This document shows positions 1-10,369 of a DNA stretch of 64,000 nt, piece by piece. Position 1 is the first letter of the stretch. Each line of letters begins with the position of its first letter. Source of the DNA: Dehalococcoidia bacterium (lineage in GTDB: Bacteria; Chloroflexota; Dehalococcoidia; Plut-88900); contig OZ240215.1 in assembly GCA_965197585.1 (NCBI GenBank), forward strand, positions 3,328,001-3,392,000, read 5' to 3'. The translations under genes were made by a program, and so were the position numbers. The notes beneath the pieces are model-generated. The model was not told the DNA's origin and searched no databases. It saw only the letters and a program-made list of their open reading frames with translations.

Positions 1-2158
1 GGGTGACGATGCCAACGACTTTGACATTACGGGCGGAGCCCTTACCTTCAACTCCTCGCCTGACTTCGAAAACCCGGCCGACCGGGGTTCCGACAATGTC
101 TACAACATGACGGTAGGAGCTAGCGACACTGGTGGAAGGCTCACCGAGGTAGATGTAACCGTTACCGTTACCAACGTGGACGAGCCGGGCACGGTCACGC
201 TCTCGTCTGACCAGCCTGAGGAGGGCGTCCGTATCTCCGCCGATTTGGCGGACCCCGACTACATAGATGGCACTAAAGTTTGGCAGTGGTCCTGGTCCTC
301 CGACGGCACCACCGATTGGATCGATATCCCCAACGCCACCGGCGGCATCTACACCCCGAATGTGACGGTTGTGGGCCTCTACTTGCAGGCCACAGCCACC
401 TACAATGACCGTGAAAGTGCCCTAACTACCAGGACTGCTAGCAGGGCTACTGCGAACCCCGTCCTGGCTGCGGGCGAAGTCAACTCAGCGCCCCGCTTCC
501 TGGATAGATCTCCGGAAAGGTTCGTGAACGAAAACGCCGCGGCAAATGCCCCCGTCGGTGATCCTGTCGCTGCCGAGGACGAAGACAGCGACACCCTGAC
601 CTACTCCATGACTGGTACAGACGCTGATTCCTTCGACATTGACGTGGATACCGATCAGATCTCGGTAGCCGAAGGCACCGCCTTTGACTACGAAAGTACC
701 ATCAGCTACAGCGTCACCGTAGAGGCCACCGACCCGGACGGTGATAGCGACAGCGTAGACGTCGCCATAATGGTCAATGACGTGGATGAGCCCCCCTCAT
801 TCACCGTGGACAACACCGAGCTTGAGTACGCCGAGAACGGTGCTGGTTCCGTTACAACGTTCACCGCTACCGATCCTGAAGGTGGAGACATCGGATGGGG
901 CCTTTCCGACGACGATGCTGACCTCTTCTCCATTGACGACGGAGCGCTCAGCTTCGCCTCCTCGCCTGACTTCGAGAGCCCCGCAGACGAAGACACTGAC
1001 AACGTCTACAACCTAACCATCGGAGCCAGTGACGCCGAAGGCAACCTCACTGAGGTGGATGTTACCGTCACCGTCACCAATGTGGACGAAGCAGGTACAG
1101 TCACCCTGTCGTTGCTCGAGCCTGAAGAGGAAGTCCGCATCACAGCCACCCTGGCCGATCCTGATGGCATTGCCTCCAACATCAGGTGGCAGTGGGCACG
1201 TTCCTCCGACGGCTCTACCGCCTGGGTGGACATTGATGAAGCCACTTCCGGTATATACACCCCCGTTCCCGCGGACGCCGACCACTACCTGCGTGCTACC
1301 GCCAACTACTAAGACAGAGAGAGCGCTACGGTTACAAAGACCGTGGCCGCTGCAACCGATGAACCGGTTGTGGGCATACCGCACATCAACCGGGGCCCTG
1401 AGTTCGTTGACCAGGATCCGACCGACAGGACCGTGAACGAAAATTCGGCTGAGGCGGCCCTCGTTGGGAATCCTGTCGAAGCCGTGGATGCCGACAACGA
1501 TGTGTTGGTTTACACCATCAGCGGTGATGACGCAGGCTCGTTCGATGTAATCACAGCAACCGGTCAGATCACGGTTGGCGCCGGGACATCCCTGGACTTC
1601 GAAACACGGACAAGCTACATGGTCACCCTTACTGTCTCTGACCCGTCCGGGGCCTCAGACACCATAGATGTCGACGTCGAAGTAACTAATGTCGACGAAC
1701 CCCCGACAATCGACCTGACCGTACCTGGCCCCGAAAGAGAGGACGCTGTATTCCAGGAGAACAGCACCAGCCCCGTGGCCAGCTACACCGTTGGTGGGCA
1801 AACCGAAGGCTTCGAGTGGAGCTTGTCGGGTATCGACGCTGGTAACTTCTCCATCAGCAACAGCGGGGTGCTCACATTCAACTCGCCTCCCGACTATGAG
1901 AACCCCACAGACAATGACAGGAACAACGAGTACCTGATCAGCGTCAACGCAACAGACAGCGATGGTAAGACTGGGACCACTGCCGTAACCGTAACCGACG
2001 TCAACGATACCGGTGAAGCAGCGGTTGGCAGGTACGACCAGAACGACGACGGGACGATAGACAGGGAAGAAGCTCTCAGAGCCATAAGAGACTACTTCGA
2101 CGACATCATAACCAAGGACCAGGTGCTGACTGTCATCATGCGGTACTTTATCGGCTAA
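1..2158 (+). CDS. Cadherin/Ig-like repeat surface protein, 5'-truncated by the window, with C-terminal dockerin/EF-hand-like motif; interrupted by in-frame TAA at 1310-1312
   Basis: Repeated cadherin-type motifs (PDFE.P.D.D.DNVY, VTVTVTNVDE.G, DYE). ORFs 107-1312 and 1343-2158 are in the same frame. C-terminus YDQNDDGTIDREEALRAIRDYF. Confidence 0.8.
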
Positions 2159-2216
2159 TGTAGTCCACCCCTGCTTGACCATGCGTAGTTAAGCAAGGTA
2201 AACAGAGCTAATAGAA

Positions 2217-2254
2217 CCGCCCCCAGGGATCACTCCCTAGGGGCGGCGACTTTT
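2217..2254 (+). terminator. Probable intrinsic terminator hairpin
   Basis: CCGCCCCCAGGGA...TCCCTAGGGGCGG inverted repeat followed by a short T run, downstream of the cadherin gene. Confidence 0.5.
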
Positions 2255-2395
2255 GGGGCGCAAACAGGAATGAGTGGAGTCCGGGTTCCAAGGCAGGAAG
2301 TATCCCGGGATAGGCATCAATACCGTGGCTCCTACACGAGACCACGCAGAGTCAATCCCGCACACATCCGCCTTGGGATGCCGGAAAAAGGGAGA

Positions 2396-2470
2396 TGGAG
2401 CCAGCGAAGGGAATCGAACCCTTGGCCTGCGGTTTACGAAACCGCTGCTCTACCGCTGAGCTACGCTGGC
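2396..2470 (-). tRNA. tRNA-Thr (anticodon CGT)
   Basis: Reverse complement GCCAGCGTAGCTCAGCGGTAGAGCAGCGGTTTCGTAAACCGCAGGCCAAGGGTTCGATTCCCTTCGCTGGCTCCA: full cloverleaf with encoded CCA. Confidence 0.97.
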
Positions 2471-2633
2471 TTCAAATGTGGACCTATATGCCCGGACAAC
2501 CCCTATTATCGACAGGAACGTGCCCTTTGTAAATCAGGTGAACCCATGGGCCCGACCAGGCTGGACATTCTCAAAGGCGAGGCTATAATTAGTCCCAACG
2601 ACCCCGTGTCGGCATCACCCGACTGGAGACATC

Positions 2634-2825
2634 ATGGATCGGATACCTGCAAGCATACTACTACCCTTAATGGCGGGGATTTTTGTCCTGGTTGTCGGGG
2701 GAGGATTGGGCGTCATCTTCACCCTCGCCGGTGAGAATGGCACCATAATAATTGGACTGGCTATCGTAATCCTTTCTCCCGTCGTGGCAGGCCTACTGGT
2801 CAGAAAACGTAGCTCTAAAACATAA
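2634..2825 (+). CDS. Small two-TM membrane protein
   Basis: 63 aa, two hydrophobic segments, basic tail, GGAG RBS. Confidence 0.65.
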   Translation: MDRIPASILLPLMAGIFVLVVGGGLGVIFTLAGENGTIIIGLAIVILSPVVAGLLVRKRSSKT

Positions 2826-2971
2826 TCTGCCTGCCCAAGACGTTTCATCTATTGGTGAGAGCGACTCCCGCTCTCACCATTGTTTTTTGGGCGACGAATC
2901 GGCACTAGCTTGCGCTACTGGGAAACGAGACGGTAGTATGCCCACGACGCCCGCCTTTCAAGGAGGTCCCC

Positions 2972-4183
2972 ATGTCCCGCCTCGTAATCACCAACTGCCA
3001 TCTTATTGATGCCCTCTCTGACCACGCCCAGCCCGACGCCAGCGTCGCCATCGAAGACGGCCTGATTACCCGCATCGAGACCAATAACGCCAAGATTGAT
3101 GCGGATGGAGGCCGGGTAATCGATGCCCGAGGTGGCTGGCTTCTCCCGGGCCTCTGGGACGTACACGTGCACCTCATGTTTCCGGATCCCCCACCCAAGA
3201 CCATCCCCCACCGCGTCGTCAAATATGGCAAGAATGCTATGGAGGGCCTCACCGAAAGCGGAGTAACCGGCATCCGCAGCGGCGGAATCGAAAACTGGAT
3301 AGACGTGGCCTGGCGGGACGCCTTCGCCTCTGGACAGTACCTTGGCCCTCGCATCTTCGCTTCCGGCTATTTCCTCACTACCACCGGCGGACATGCTACC
3401 CGCTGGCCCTTCTCTCAGCAGTGTGACGGCCCCGAGGACTTCGTGCTCGCCGTTAGACAGCAGATAGACAACGACGTAGATCACATTAAACTCAACCTCT
3501 CCGGCGGCATCATGGGCCCCGACTGGGACCGCCACTGGCACAGCTTCTTCCTCCCTGATGAACTGACGGCCACCTACCAGGTCTGCCATCAGCGCGGCAT
3601 GAAGGTCATGTCCCACGCCGCCAACCCCGATGCCGTCAAGAGTGCCGTCCGCAACAACACCTGGACCGTTGAGCACGGCTATATCATGGATGACGAATGC
3701 ATCGACATGATGAAGGACAAGGGCACCATCTACGTTCCCACCCTGGGGATCAGTCACCTCACTCCTCGGCAGGCGACCAACGAATGGGAGCAGGAGTATC
3801 TGGAGATAAAGCAGATCTCATCCGAGATGCTGGCCCGCGCCGACGCCGCTGTCGAAGAGCACGCCAAGTGGTTCAAAACGGCCCTCGACTCCGGCGTCAA
3901 GATGGCTCTGGGCTCCGATCTGGGCCCCGTGAAGGACGCTGTGCACCTGGAGATGGCCCTCTGGGTCAGGGACGGCTCCACGCCCATGCAGGCCATCAAG
4001 GCGGCTACCGCGATGTCTGCCCTCACCTGCGGCGTCGATGACAAGCTCGGCACCGTAGAGGTCGGCAAGATCGCCGACCTCATAGTCGTCGGTGCCGACC
4101 CCCTGGAAAACATCGACAACATGCGGCAGCTCCAAATGGTCTTCAAGGACGGCCGTCTGGTCGCCGATAAGGCTTCCGGATAA
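2972..4183 (+). CDS. Metal-dependent amidohydrolase (Xaa-Pro dipeptidase-like subgroup)
   Basis: PGLWDVHVHL metal motif, VEHG, GSD, GKIADLIVV; AAGGAGG RBS. Confidence 0.9.
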   Translation: MSRLVITNCHLIDALSDHAQPDASVAIEDGLITRIETNNAKIDADGGRVIDARGGWLLPGLWDVHVHLMFPDPPPKTIPHRVVKYGKNAMEGLTESGVTGIRSGGIENWIDVAWRDAFASGQYLGPRIFASGYFLTTTGGHATRWPFSQQCDGPEDFVLAVRQQIDNDVDHIKLNLSGGIMGPDWDRHWHSFFLPDELTATYQVCHQRGMKVMSHAANPDAVKSAVRNNTWTVEHGYIMDDECIDMMKDKGTIYVPTLGISHLTPRQATNEWEQEYLEIKQISSEMLARADAAVEEHAKWFKTALDSGVKMALGSDLGPVKDAVHLEMALWVRDGSTPMQAIKAATAMSALTCGVDDKLGTVEVGKIADLIVVGADPLENIDNMRQLQMVFKDGRLVADKASG

Positions 4184-4213
4184 GCCTCCACAGTCCCAAA
4201 AGGAGCGTCCCTC

Positions 4214-5350
4214 ATGCCCGCCGAGTCCACTCCATCAGTTTATGCCGACCTCGGAGTGAAGCGCGTCATATGCGCCCGCAGCAGTTCCACCGTTCTCGGT
4301 GGTTCCATCCTGAGTCCCACCGTTCGGGCGGCAATGGAGGAGGCCAACCGCATATACGTCGGAATGCCTGAACTCCTCGACCGGGCAGGGGAGTCGATAG
4401 CCGAAATGATCGGTGCCGAGGCAGCCTACCCGACCCCAGGTTGTTTCGCGGCCATAACCCTGGGCGTATCCGGCGTAATGACCGGCGGCGCCCCTGACCT
4501 GGTCGCCCGCCTCCCCGACACCTCCGGCCTGAAGAACGAGTTCCTTATCCAGAAGTGCGCCCGCTACCAATATGATCGCAGCGTCACCGTCTCCGGCGCC
4601 CGCATGATCGAGGTCGGGGATGATGCGCAGACCACTCCCAACCAGCTGGCCCAGGCCATACGCCCGAGCACCGGGGGAATCGTCTATGCCGCCCACCAGG
4701 AGGGCGAACCTGGCATACTGCCTCTCTCGGAGGTTGTGGCCATCGCCAAGGACGCTGGTGTTGCCGTCATCGTCGATGCTGCCTACCAGGTATATCCCCT
4801 CGAAAGGATCACTGAGCTCGTCAACAGCGGCGCCGATCTTATCTGTTTCAGCTCCAAGTACATGGGCGGACCAAACTCCGCAGGTTTCCTCTGTGGGAAT
4901 AGCGAAGCAGTCGAGGCCGCAGCCCTCAATGGTTTCATGGCATTCGAGACCGAGAAGAACCGTAATATGGGCCGGGGCTACAAGATAGACCGTCAGGAGG
5001 TCGTGGCCACCGTAGCCGTGTTGAGAGAGTGGCTGGAAATGGACCACTCTGCCAGGCTGACCGACCAGGACCGCAAATTTCAGGTCGTCGCCGAGGGTCT
5101 CGCCAGCCTTCTCCATGTCGAGATAGAGCAGGGCTGGTACGATCGCTATTGCTCGATGGAAATGAAGATCACCCTCGACGAAGAGGCCTTGGGCCGCACC
5201 GCAGCCTCCGTGGAACAAGCCATGAGGGAGGGAGACCCGAGCATCTGGCTCTGGCTTGAAGGCACCGCCCTAAAACTCGGCGTCGACACTCTCCTCCCCG
5301 GCGAAGAAAACATCCTCGCCCGCCGCCTCCGCGAAGAACTCACCCTTTAG
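4214..5350 (+). CDS. SelA-like PLP-dependent enzyme (DgaE-like subfamily)
   Basis: LGVKRVI..., VDAA, GADLICFSSKYMGGP, GRGYKIDRQE motifs. Confidence 0.8.
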   Translation: MPAESTPSVYADLGVKRVICARSSSTVLGGSILSPTVRAAMEEANRIYVGMPELLDRAGESIAEMIGAEAAYPTPGCFAAITLGVSGVMTGGAPDLVARLPDTSGLKNEFLIQKCARYQYDRSVTVSGARMIEVGDDAQTTPNQLAQAIRPSTGGIVYAAHQEGEPGILPLSEVVAIAKDAGVAVIVDAAYQVYPLERITELVNSGADLICFSSKYMGGPNSAGFLCGNSEAVEAAALNGFMAFETEKNRNMGRGYKIDRQEVVATVAVLREWLEMDHSARLTDQDRKFQVVAEGLASLLHVEIEQGWYDRYCSMEMKITLDEEALGRTAASVEQAMREGDPSIWLWLEGTALKLGVDTLLPGEENILARRLREELTL

Positions 5351-5463
5351 CCGTCTGTCCCATCGCCTCTCACTGTGAGACATTTGGCAAACTCGCTCAC
5401 ATACCTTGGGTGAGGTGTCCTGTCCCCTCTCCCTCGATGTGACCTTTGCATAACTGTCATTCC

Positions 5464-6519
5464 TGTAAGTGTTAGGTAATTCGTTGACAGATTGGTATAA
5501 GAGGCCAACACCAATCTGGAGGCGAGAATGCGAGACAATAGCAAGGACCTCACCCTTGAGCGGAACTACATTCAGAAGTGGCGGTTCCTCATCCATGAGT
5601 ATCAACTGGTCAAGGCAGGGAAGCATCCCCGTTTCCGCTTCGCCCAGGACTTCTACTCCTTCCACGGCACTAGCCGTCAGACCTTCGCCAAGTACTACAA
5701 CCGGTTCCTCCTTTCCCCCTCCGACAACGCCTTCCTCCCCCGTAAGCGGGGTCCCGGGTGGAAGTCCCGCCGCACCCTGCCCTACATTGAGCAGAAGGTC
5801 ATCAACGAGCGCCTTAACGGTACCAACCGTTACGAGATCTATGCCATACTCAAACCCATCCTTAAACACAACACCCCTAAGCCCTCCACCATCTACGCCA
5901 TCACCAGACGCCACGGTTTCAATAGGCTCACAAAGCCGATGCAGCAGTCGAAGCGCAAGATCATCAAGACCCGGGCAGGAGAGCTGGGCCACCTGGACAG
6001 CCACTACCTCAGCCGGGATACCATCGTGGGCACCAAGCACCGCTACTACCTGGTGGGCCTCATCGACGCCTACACCCGTCTGGCCTGGGCCGAAGTGGTC
6101 GGAGACATCAAGAGTCTCTCCGTTATGTTTGCTACTCTGAAGTCCATCAATTTCCTTAACGTGGAGTACGGCATCCAATTCGAGGCCATCCTCACCGACA
6201 ACGGCCCCGAGATGGCCTCCCCAAGGAACACCGAGGGCCACCCCATGGAACGGATGCTCAATGAGCTGGGCATAAAGCACCGCTACACCCGCCCTTATAG
6301 GCCCCAGACCAACGGGAAGATAGAGCGGTTCTGGAGAACCTTGAACGAGGACCTGCTGGAGGGGACAACCTTCGAATCGGTCTCGGAACTGAAGGACGAG
6401 CTTCAGCAATACCTGATCTACTACAATACTCAGAGACCCCACCAGGCAATGGACGGAAAGACCCCTTTGGAGACCCTTAAATCCACCTAATTCTGTCAAC
6501 GAATTACCTGACATCCACA
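5464..6519 (+). mobile_element. IS481-family insertion sequence
   Basis: TGT...ACA ends; imperfect ~28 bp IRs (TGTAAGTGTTAGGTAATTCGTTGACAGA / TCTGTCAACGAATTACCTGACATCCACA); 5-bp direct repeat ATTCC at 5459-5463 and 6520-6524. Confidence 0.92.
5528..6490 (+). CDS. IS481-family DDE transposase (rve integrase core)
   Basis: GELGHLD, ILTDNGPE, TRPYRPQTNGKIERFWRTL, YYNTQRPHQ. Confidence 0.95.
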   Translation: MRDNSKDLTLERNYIQKWRFLIHEYQLVKAGKHPRFRFAQDFYSFHGTSRQTFAKYYNRFLLSPSDNAFLPRKRGPGWKSRRTLPYIEQKVINERLNGTNRYEIYAILKPILKHNTPKPSTIYAITRRHGFNRLTKPMQQSKRKIIKTRAGELGHLDSHYLSRDTIVGTKHRYYLVGLIDAYTRLAWAEVVGDIKSLSVMFATLKSINFLNVEYGIQFEAILTDNGPEMASPRNTEGHPMERMLNELGIKHRYTRPYRPQTNGKIERFWRTLNEDLLEGTTFESVSELKDELQQYLIYYNTQRPHQAMDGKTPLETLKST

Positions 6520-6604
6520 ATTCCGAGACTCCGCGAGGAATCTGGGGCGAGGGGCTCAGGATTGGATAACATGTCTCGTATTGCCAATATGTTCCAGCAT
6601 AGGG

Positions 6605-6798
6605 AGTTACGCAAAGGCCTCTCGATGGGTCGTAGATGCGCCGAGGCGTGAGAGGGCTAGGGCCGTAGGCTCGCTGAGGAGAGTGAGGGTGAGCCGGGTT
6701 CCGAAAGAGCAGTTACGCAAAGGTCTCTTAATGGGTGGCAGATGCGCCGAGGCGTGAGAGGGCTAGGGCCATAGGCTCGCTGAGGAGAGTGAGGGTGA
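6605..6798. repeat. Two-copy tandem direct repeat (~88 bp unit, period 106)
   Basis: AGTTACGCAAAGG...GATGCGCCGAGGCGTGAGAGGGCTAGGGCC.TAGGCTCGCTGAGGAGAGTGAGGGTGA at 6605-6692 and 6711-6798. Confidence 0.85.
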
Positions 6799-6861
6799 CC
6801 CCCCTTCATTCCGGCCTCCGAGCCGGTCGAAGATGTGCCGAGGCGTGAATCCATCCTCCCC

Positions 6862-7968
6862 CTACCCCCCGTTCAGCGAAAACCCGTATATCCGCGCCGC
6901 ATTTTCCCCGACTATCTTCCTCTTGTCCCCCTCCGAGAGTCCCCCGAACGTGCGCTCGATCACCTCTTGGGAATAGGGGAATGTACCCTCGTCGTGGGGG
7001 TAGTCGCTGCCCCATAGGAGGCAATCAGCCCCGGTCAGCGAGATGTTCAGCAGGGCCGGGAGGTCGTCCCCGAAGGTGAGCCCGCCTTGCCGCTTGAAAT
7101 ACTCGCTGGGCCGCATTTCCAGGGTGGGCCGGATCCACATGTGCTTCTTTTCCGCCTGCTCGTCCAGTGCGTAGAGAAGCCATGCCAGCCACCCCGCCCC
7201 GCACTCCGCCACCACAAACCGGATCCCGGGGTGCCGTTCCAATACCCCCGAGCATATCAGGTCCGTTATCGGCTCCTGCACCTGCGACATTCCGCACACC
7301 AGCCACTTGATGAACCCGCCATTCTCTTCTTCCCCTATGTTGTCGGGGAACGGATCATAGTCGACGGCCCGTGCATGAAGGCTCAACGCCATCCCCGAGT
7401 CCTCGATAGTCTGCCAGAGCGGCTCGTACTCGGGCTGGTTGTAGGGCAGCCTGCTCACCAGGGCCGGTATCGCTGCCACCTTGAACCCCAGACTGGCCAA
7501 CCTCTTTATCTCCTCAATTGCCCTGGGAATGTCGATAACCGGGACCACCCCCACCGGCGCGAACCGGTCTCCCTGGGGTCGGAAATGGTCTATTACCCAG
7601 TTGTTGTAGGGTTGGGCAACGGCCATCTGGTAGTCGGGGTCTGGGGAACTGAAGATCCACAGGGTGTAGTCCGGGTATATGACTTCGGCGCTGACACCGT
7701 CCCGCTCTATCTCGGAGACGCGCCGCTCCAGGTTGCGGCCTCCCCACTCTTCGTGCCGGAACTCCTTCTCTCTATCCTCCTCGGTCAGCCGAGCCTCGGC
7801 CAGGTCCAGCCTACGAGCCTTCCGCCCCTCCACTACCCGGTACGTCCCGCCGTTTCGCTGCTCTATGTGTGGCGTCCTGTGCCGGAACTTCGGCGCCACC
7901 AACTCCGTGTAGAGCTCGGGAGGCTCCGCTACGTGTGAATCCGCCGATATGATCTTATACCCTGCCAT
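6862..7968 (-). CDS. Amidohydrolase_2 family protein
   Basis: ISADSH, ECGAGW, LLWGSDYPHDEGTFP. Confidence 0.92.
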   Translation of the reverse strand: MAGYKIISADSHVAEPPELYTELVAPKFRHRTPHIEQRNGGTYRVVEGRKARRLDLAEARLTEEDREKEFRHEEWGGRNLERRVSEIERDGVSAEVIYPDYTLWIFSSPDPDYQMAVAQPYNNWVIDHFRPQGDRFAPVGVVPVIDIPRAIEEIKRLASLGFKVAAIPALVSRLPYNQPEYEPLWQTIEDSGMALSLHARAVDYDPFPDNIGEEENGGFIKWLVCGMSQVQEPITDLICSGVLERHPGIRFVVAECGAGWLAWLLYALDEQAEKKHMWIRPTLEMRPSEYFKRQGGLTFGDDLPALLNISLTGADCLLWGSDYPHDEGTFPYSQEVIERTFGGLSEGDKRKIVGENAARIYGFSLNGG

Positions 7969-8035
7969 GATGCGCCTCCCTGGTACTATTCGGATGTCCG
8001 GTCCCGGGAACCCTTACACTAGCCCCTTGGCGGCT

Positions 8036-9166
8036 CTAATGGCCGTTGGTTGGGAACCCGTAGAGCTTCGCCGCATTCTCCGATACGATTTTCGCCTTGT
8101 CCTCTTCGGGTACGCCTTCAAACATTCGCGCAATGACTTCCTGCGAGTGAGGGAAGGTTCCTTCGTCGTGTGGATAGTCGCTACCCCACATCAGTGACCC
8201 CACCCCTGCAATTTCCCGGGTAATTATCCCCACGATGTCGTCGGAGAAGGTGGAGTATCCCTGCCGCTTGAAGTACTCGCTCGGCAGTAGTTCTAGCTGG
8301 GGTACTTCCCACATGTGCCGACGGTGATGGTTGTCGTCCATCTGCACCAGCAGCCACGGTATCCACCCGATACCCGCCTCTGCAAGCACAAACTTCAAGT
8401 CCGGGTGCCTTGCGCACGCCCCACCTGCTATCAACTGGACCATCGGGTACATCGCCTCGGTCATCCCGAGCACCTGCCCAAGCTGGTCGGACCCGGGTGT
8501 CGCTACGTTCGGCTCCTTGGAGGGGGTTCCACCCTTGGGGCCACCGCTGAACACGTGGAAAGCCAACGGCACGCCCAGTTCGGCTGCATTGGCCCAGAAC
8601 GGCTCGTATGCGGGCATGTTGTACGGTACGAGAGGCATCGACACGGGCAACGAGAATGACCGGTACCCGAGTCCACCCGCCCGCTTCGCCTCGTTTATCC
8701 CGTCCTGGATGTCTATCACCGGGATCTGGGCGGAACATACAAACTTGTCGGGATGTCCCCCGAATATCTCGTGGTGCCAATCGTTGTACACCTGGGCTAG
8801 GGCTAATTGGTACCCGGGGTCCGGCGACGCATACAGTTTGAACACCGCCTGTGGATATACCACCTCCGCAACGACCCCGTCTTCCACTTGGTCCGCCAGG
8901 CGTGTCGGAATGTGCGTGCCGCCTTCACGGTGCTGCACCCGGCCCAGTGCCTCCCCGTCCCTCCAGTACCGACGCATGTCGTCCTCACTGAGCGGGTGCG
9001 GCGCCTCCATGGGCGATGGCCTCTGGCCGTCGTATACCAGGTACCGCTTCCCGTCGATTACCTCCTCGTGAGGAGCGCGGGCACGGTATTCGGCTGGCAG
9101 CCGATCATATATTTCCTCAGGCTCGTTCGAGTGAGAATCCGCCGAGATGATTGCTAGCTCCGGCAT
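8036..9166 (-). CDS. Amidohydrolase_2 family protein
   Basis: Start at MPELAIISADSH (AAGGAG RBS), EAGIGW, MWGSDYPHDEGTFP. Confidence 0.92.
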   Translation of the reverse strand: MPELAIISADSHSNEPEEIYDRLPAEYRARAPHEEVIDGKRYLVYDGQRPSPMEAPHPLSEDDMRRYWRDGEALGRVQHREGGTHIPTRLADQVEDGVVAEVVYPQAVFKLYASPDPGYQLALAQVYNDWHHEIFGGHPDKFVCSAQIPVIDIQDGINEAKRAGGLGYRSFSLPVSMPLVPYNMPAYEPFWANAAELGVPLAFHVFSGGPKGGTPSKEPNVATPGSDQLGQVLGMTEAMYPMVQLIAGGACARHPDLKFVLAEAGIGWIPWLLVQMDDNHHRRHMWEVPQLELLPSEYFKRQGYSTFSDDIVGIITREIAGVGSLMWGSDYPHDEGTFPHSQEVIARMFEGVPEEDKAKIVSENAAKLYGFPTNGH

Positions 9167-9177
9167 CAGGGTCTCCT

Positions 9178-10278
9178 TTAGCTCACCGGGAACCGGTACA
9201 GGTCCGCGGCGTTCTGAAACACTACTTTGCGCTTGATGTCCTTCGAATACCCTTCGAAAATCCGGTCGATGACCTCCGCCGAGTGGGGGAATGTCCCCTC
9301 GTCGTGGGGATAGTCGCTGCCCCAGAGCAACGCAGTCTCGCCGATGTAGTCCAGCGTTGCTAAGGCCACGGGGTCGTCTCCGAAGGTCGCATGACCCTGC
9401 CGTTTGAAATAGTCGCTCGGGTTCAACTCCAGCTTCGGCTCGACCCACATGTGCTTGCGCTGGTACTGCTCGTCCAGCGCATACAGCACCCATGCCAGCC
9501 ACCCCGCCCCACACTCCACCACCACGAAGTCCAGCCCCGGGTGCCGCATCGGCACCCCTGATGCCAGCATATGGGAAACCGGCTCTATACCCTCGGCCAT
9601 GCTGATGATCATGTATGGCAGGAATCCGTTGTCATCGTCCTCTTCGCCGACTTTATCCGGCAGGTGGTCTTCCGTTCCCGTGTTGAAGTGCAGGCTGAAT
9701 ACCAGCCCGGTCTCCTCCAACGCCTTCCACAGCGGCTCGTACACCTTCCGGTTGTAAGGCTGATTCTTGATGCCGATGGGACTGCTAACCAGCTTAAACC
9801 CCAGCTCGGCAAGCCTGTAGGCCTCCTTTACCGCTGCCGGAACGTCCAGGGTCGGCAGGATCGCGGCAGGAGCTAACCGGTCCGGACGACTCCCGAAAAG
9901 CTCATGGATCCAGTCATTGTAAGTCTGGGCCACGGTCATCTGGAATTCGGTGTCCGGAGTCCCGAGGTAGGTGAGTAGGTCGTTGCAGTAGATCACCTCT
10001 CCTGCCACGGTGTCCCTGTCCTGGTCCTTCAGCCTGCGCTTGATGTCCCGTCCTTGCGTCGGGTCGTCTCGCCACTCCCGGTTCATGTCGTCTTCGTCCA
10101 CCCGGCTCTCCGCAATGTCGTACCTGCGAGGCTTACGCCCCTCCACGATCTGATATTCACCACCGTTGATGACTTCCGTGTGGGGCAGCCGCTCCCGGAA
10201 GGGGGCCGGGACCCTCATCTTGAATTCCTCACTCTCCTGCACGTGGGAATCGGCGGATATGAAACGCAAATCAGCCAT
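9178..10278 (-). CDS. Amidohydrolase_2 family protein
   Basis: MADLRFISADSH, LWGSDYPHDEGTFP; GAGGAGG RBS. Confidence 0.92.
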   Translation of the reverse strand: MADLRFISADSHVQESEEFKMRVPAPFRERLPHTEVINGGEYQIVEGRKPRRYDIAESRVDEDDMNREWRDDPTQGRDIKRRLKDQDRDTVAGEVIYCNDLLTYLGTPDTEFQMTVAQTYNDWIHELFGSRPDRLAPAAILPTLDVPAAVKEAYRLAELGFKLVSSPIGIKNQPYNRKVYEPLWKALEETGLVFSLHFNTGTEDHLPDKVGEEDDDNGFLPYMIISMAEGIEPVSHMLASGVPMRHPGLDFVVVECGAGWLAWVLYALDEQYQRKHMWVEPKLELNPSDYFKRQGHATFGDDPVALATLDYIGETALLWGSDYPHDEGTFPHSAEVIDRIFEGYSKDIKRKVVFQNAADLYRFPVS

Positions 10279-10369
10279 CTTTACCTCCTCATTACATGAG
10301 GCCCGCAAGCCTCACGTGAACGCGCCAATGGACGGAATACCCCGGTTAGCTCAGACATCTTCGTCTGGT

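Noticed and set aside
1310-1312. Sec/Pyl recoding in the cadherin gene
   Set aside because: The stop is TAA, and the aligned residue in the sister repeat is Asn.
4214-5350. Calling this gene selA because selD is nearby
   Set aside because: It is shorter and lacks the SelA N-terminal domain; motifs fit the DgaE-like SelA-related subfamily.
5270-6520. Long antisense ORFs (also 4235-5218, 15062-16330, 20971-21939, 40863-42032, 56537-57706)
   Set aside because: Shadow frames opposite well-supported genes, as expected in GC-rich DNA.
6605-6798. CRISPR array
   Set aside because: Only two ~88-bp units, no spacer pattern and no cas genes.
8036-9514. 492-aa N-terminally extended amidohydrolase
   Set aside because: The extension overlaps the upstream paralog; the RBS and family motif place the start at 9166.
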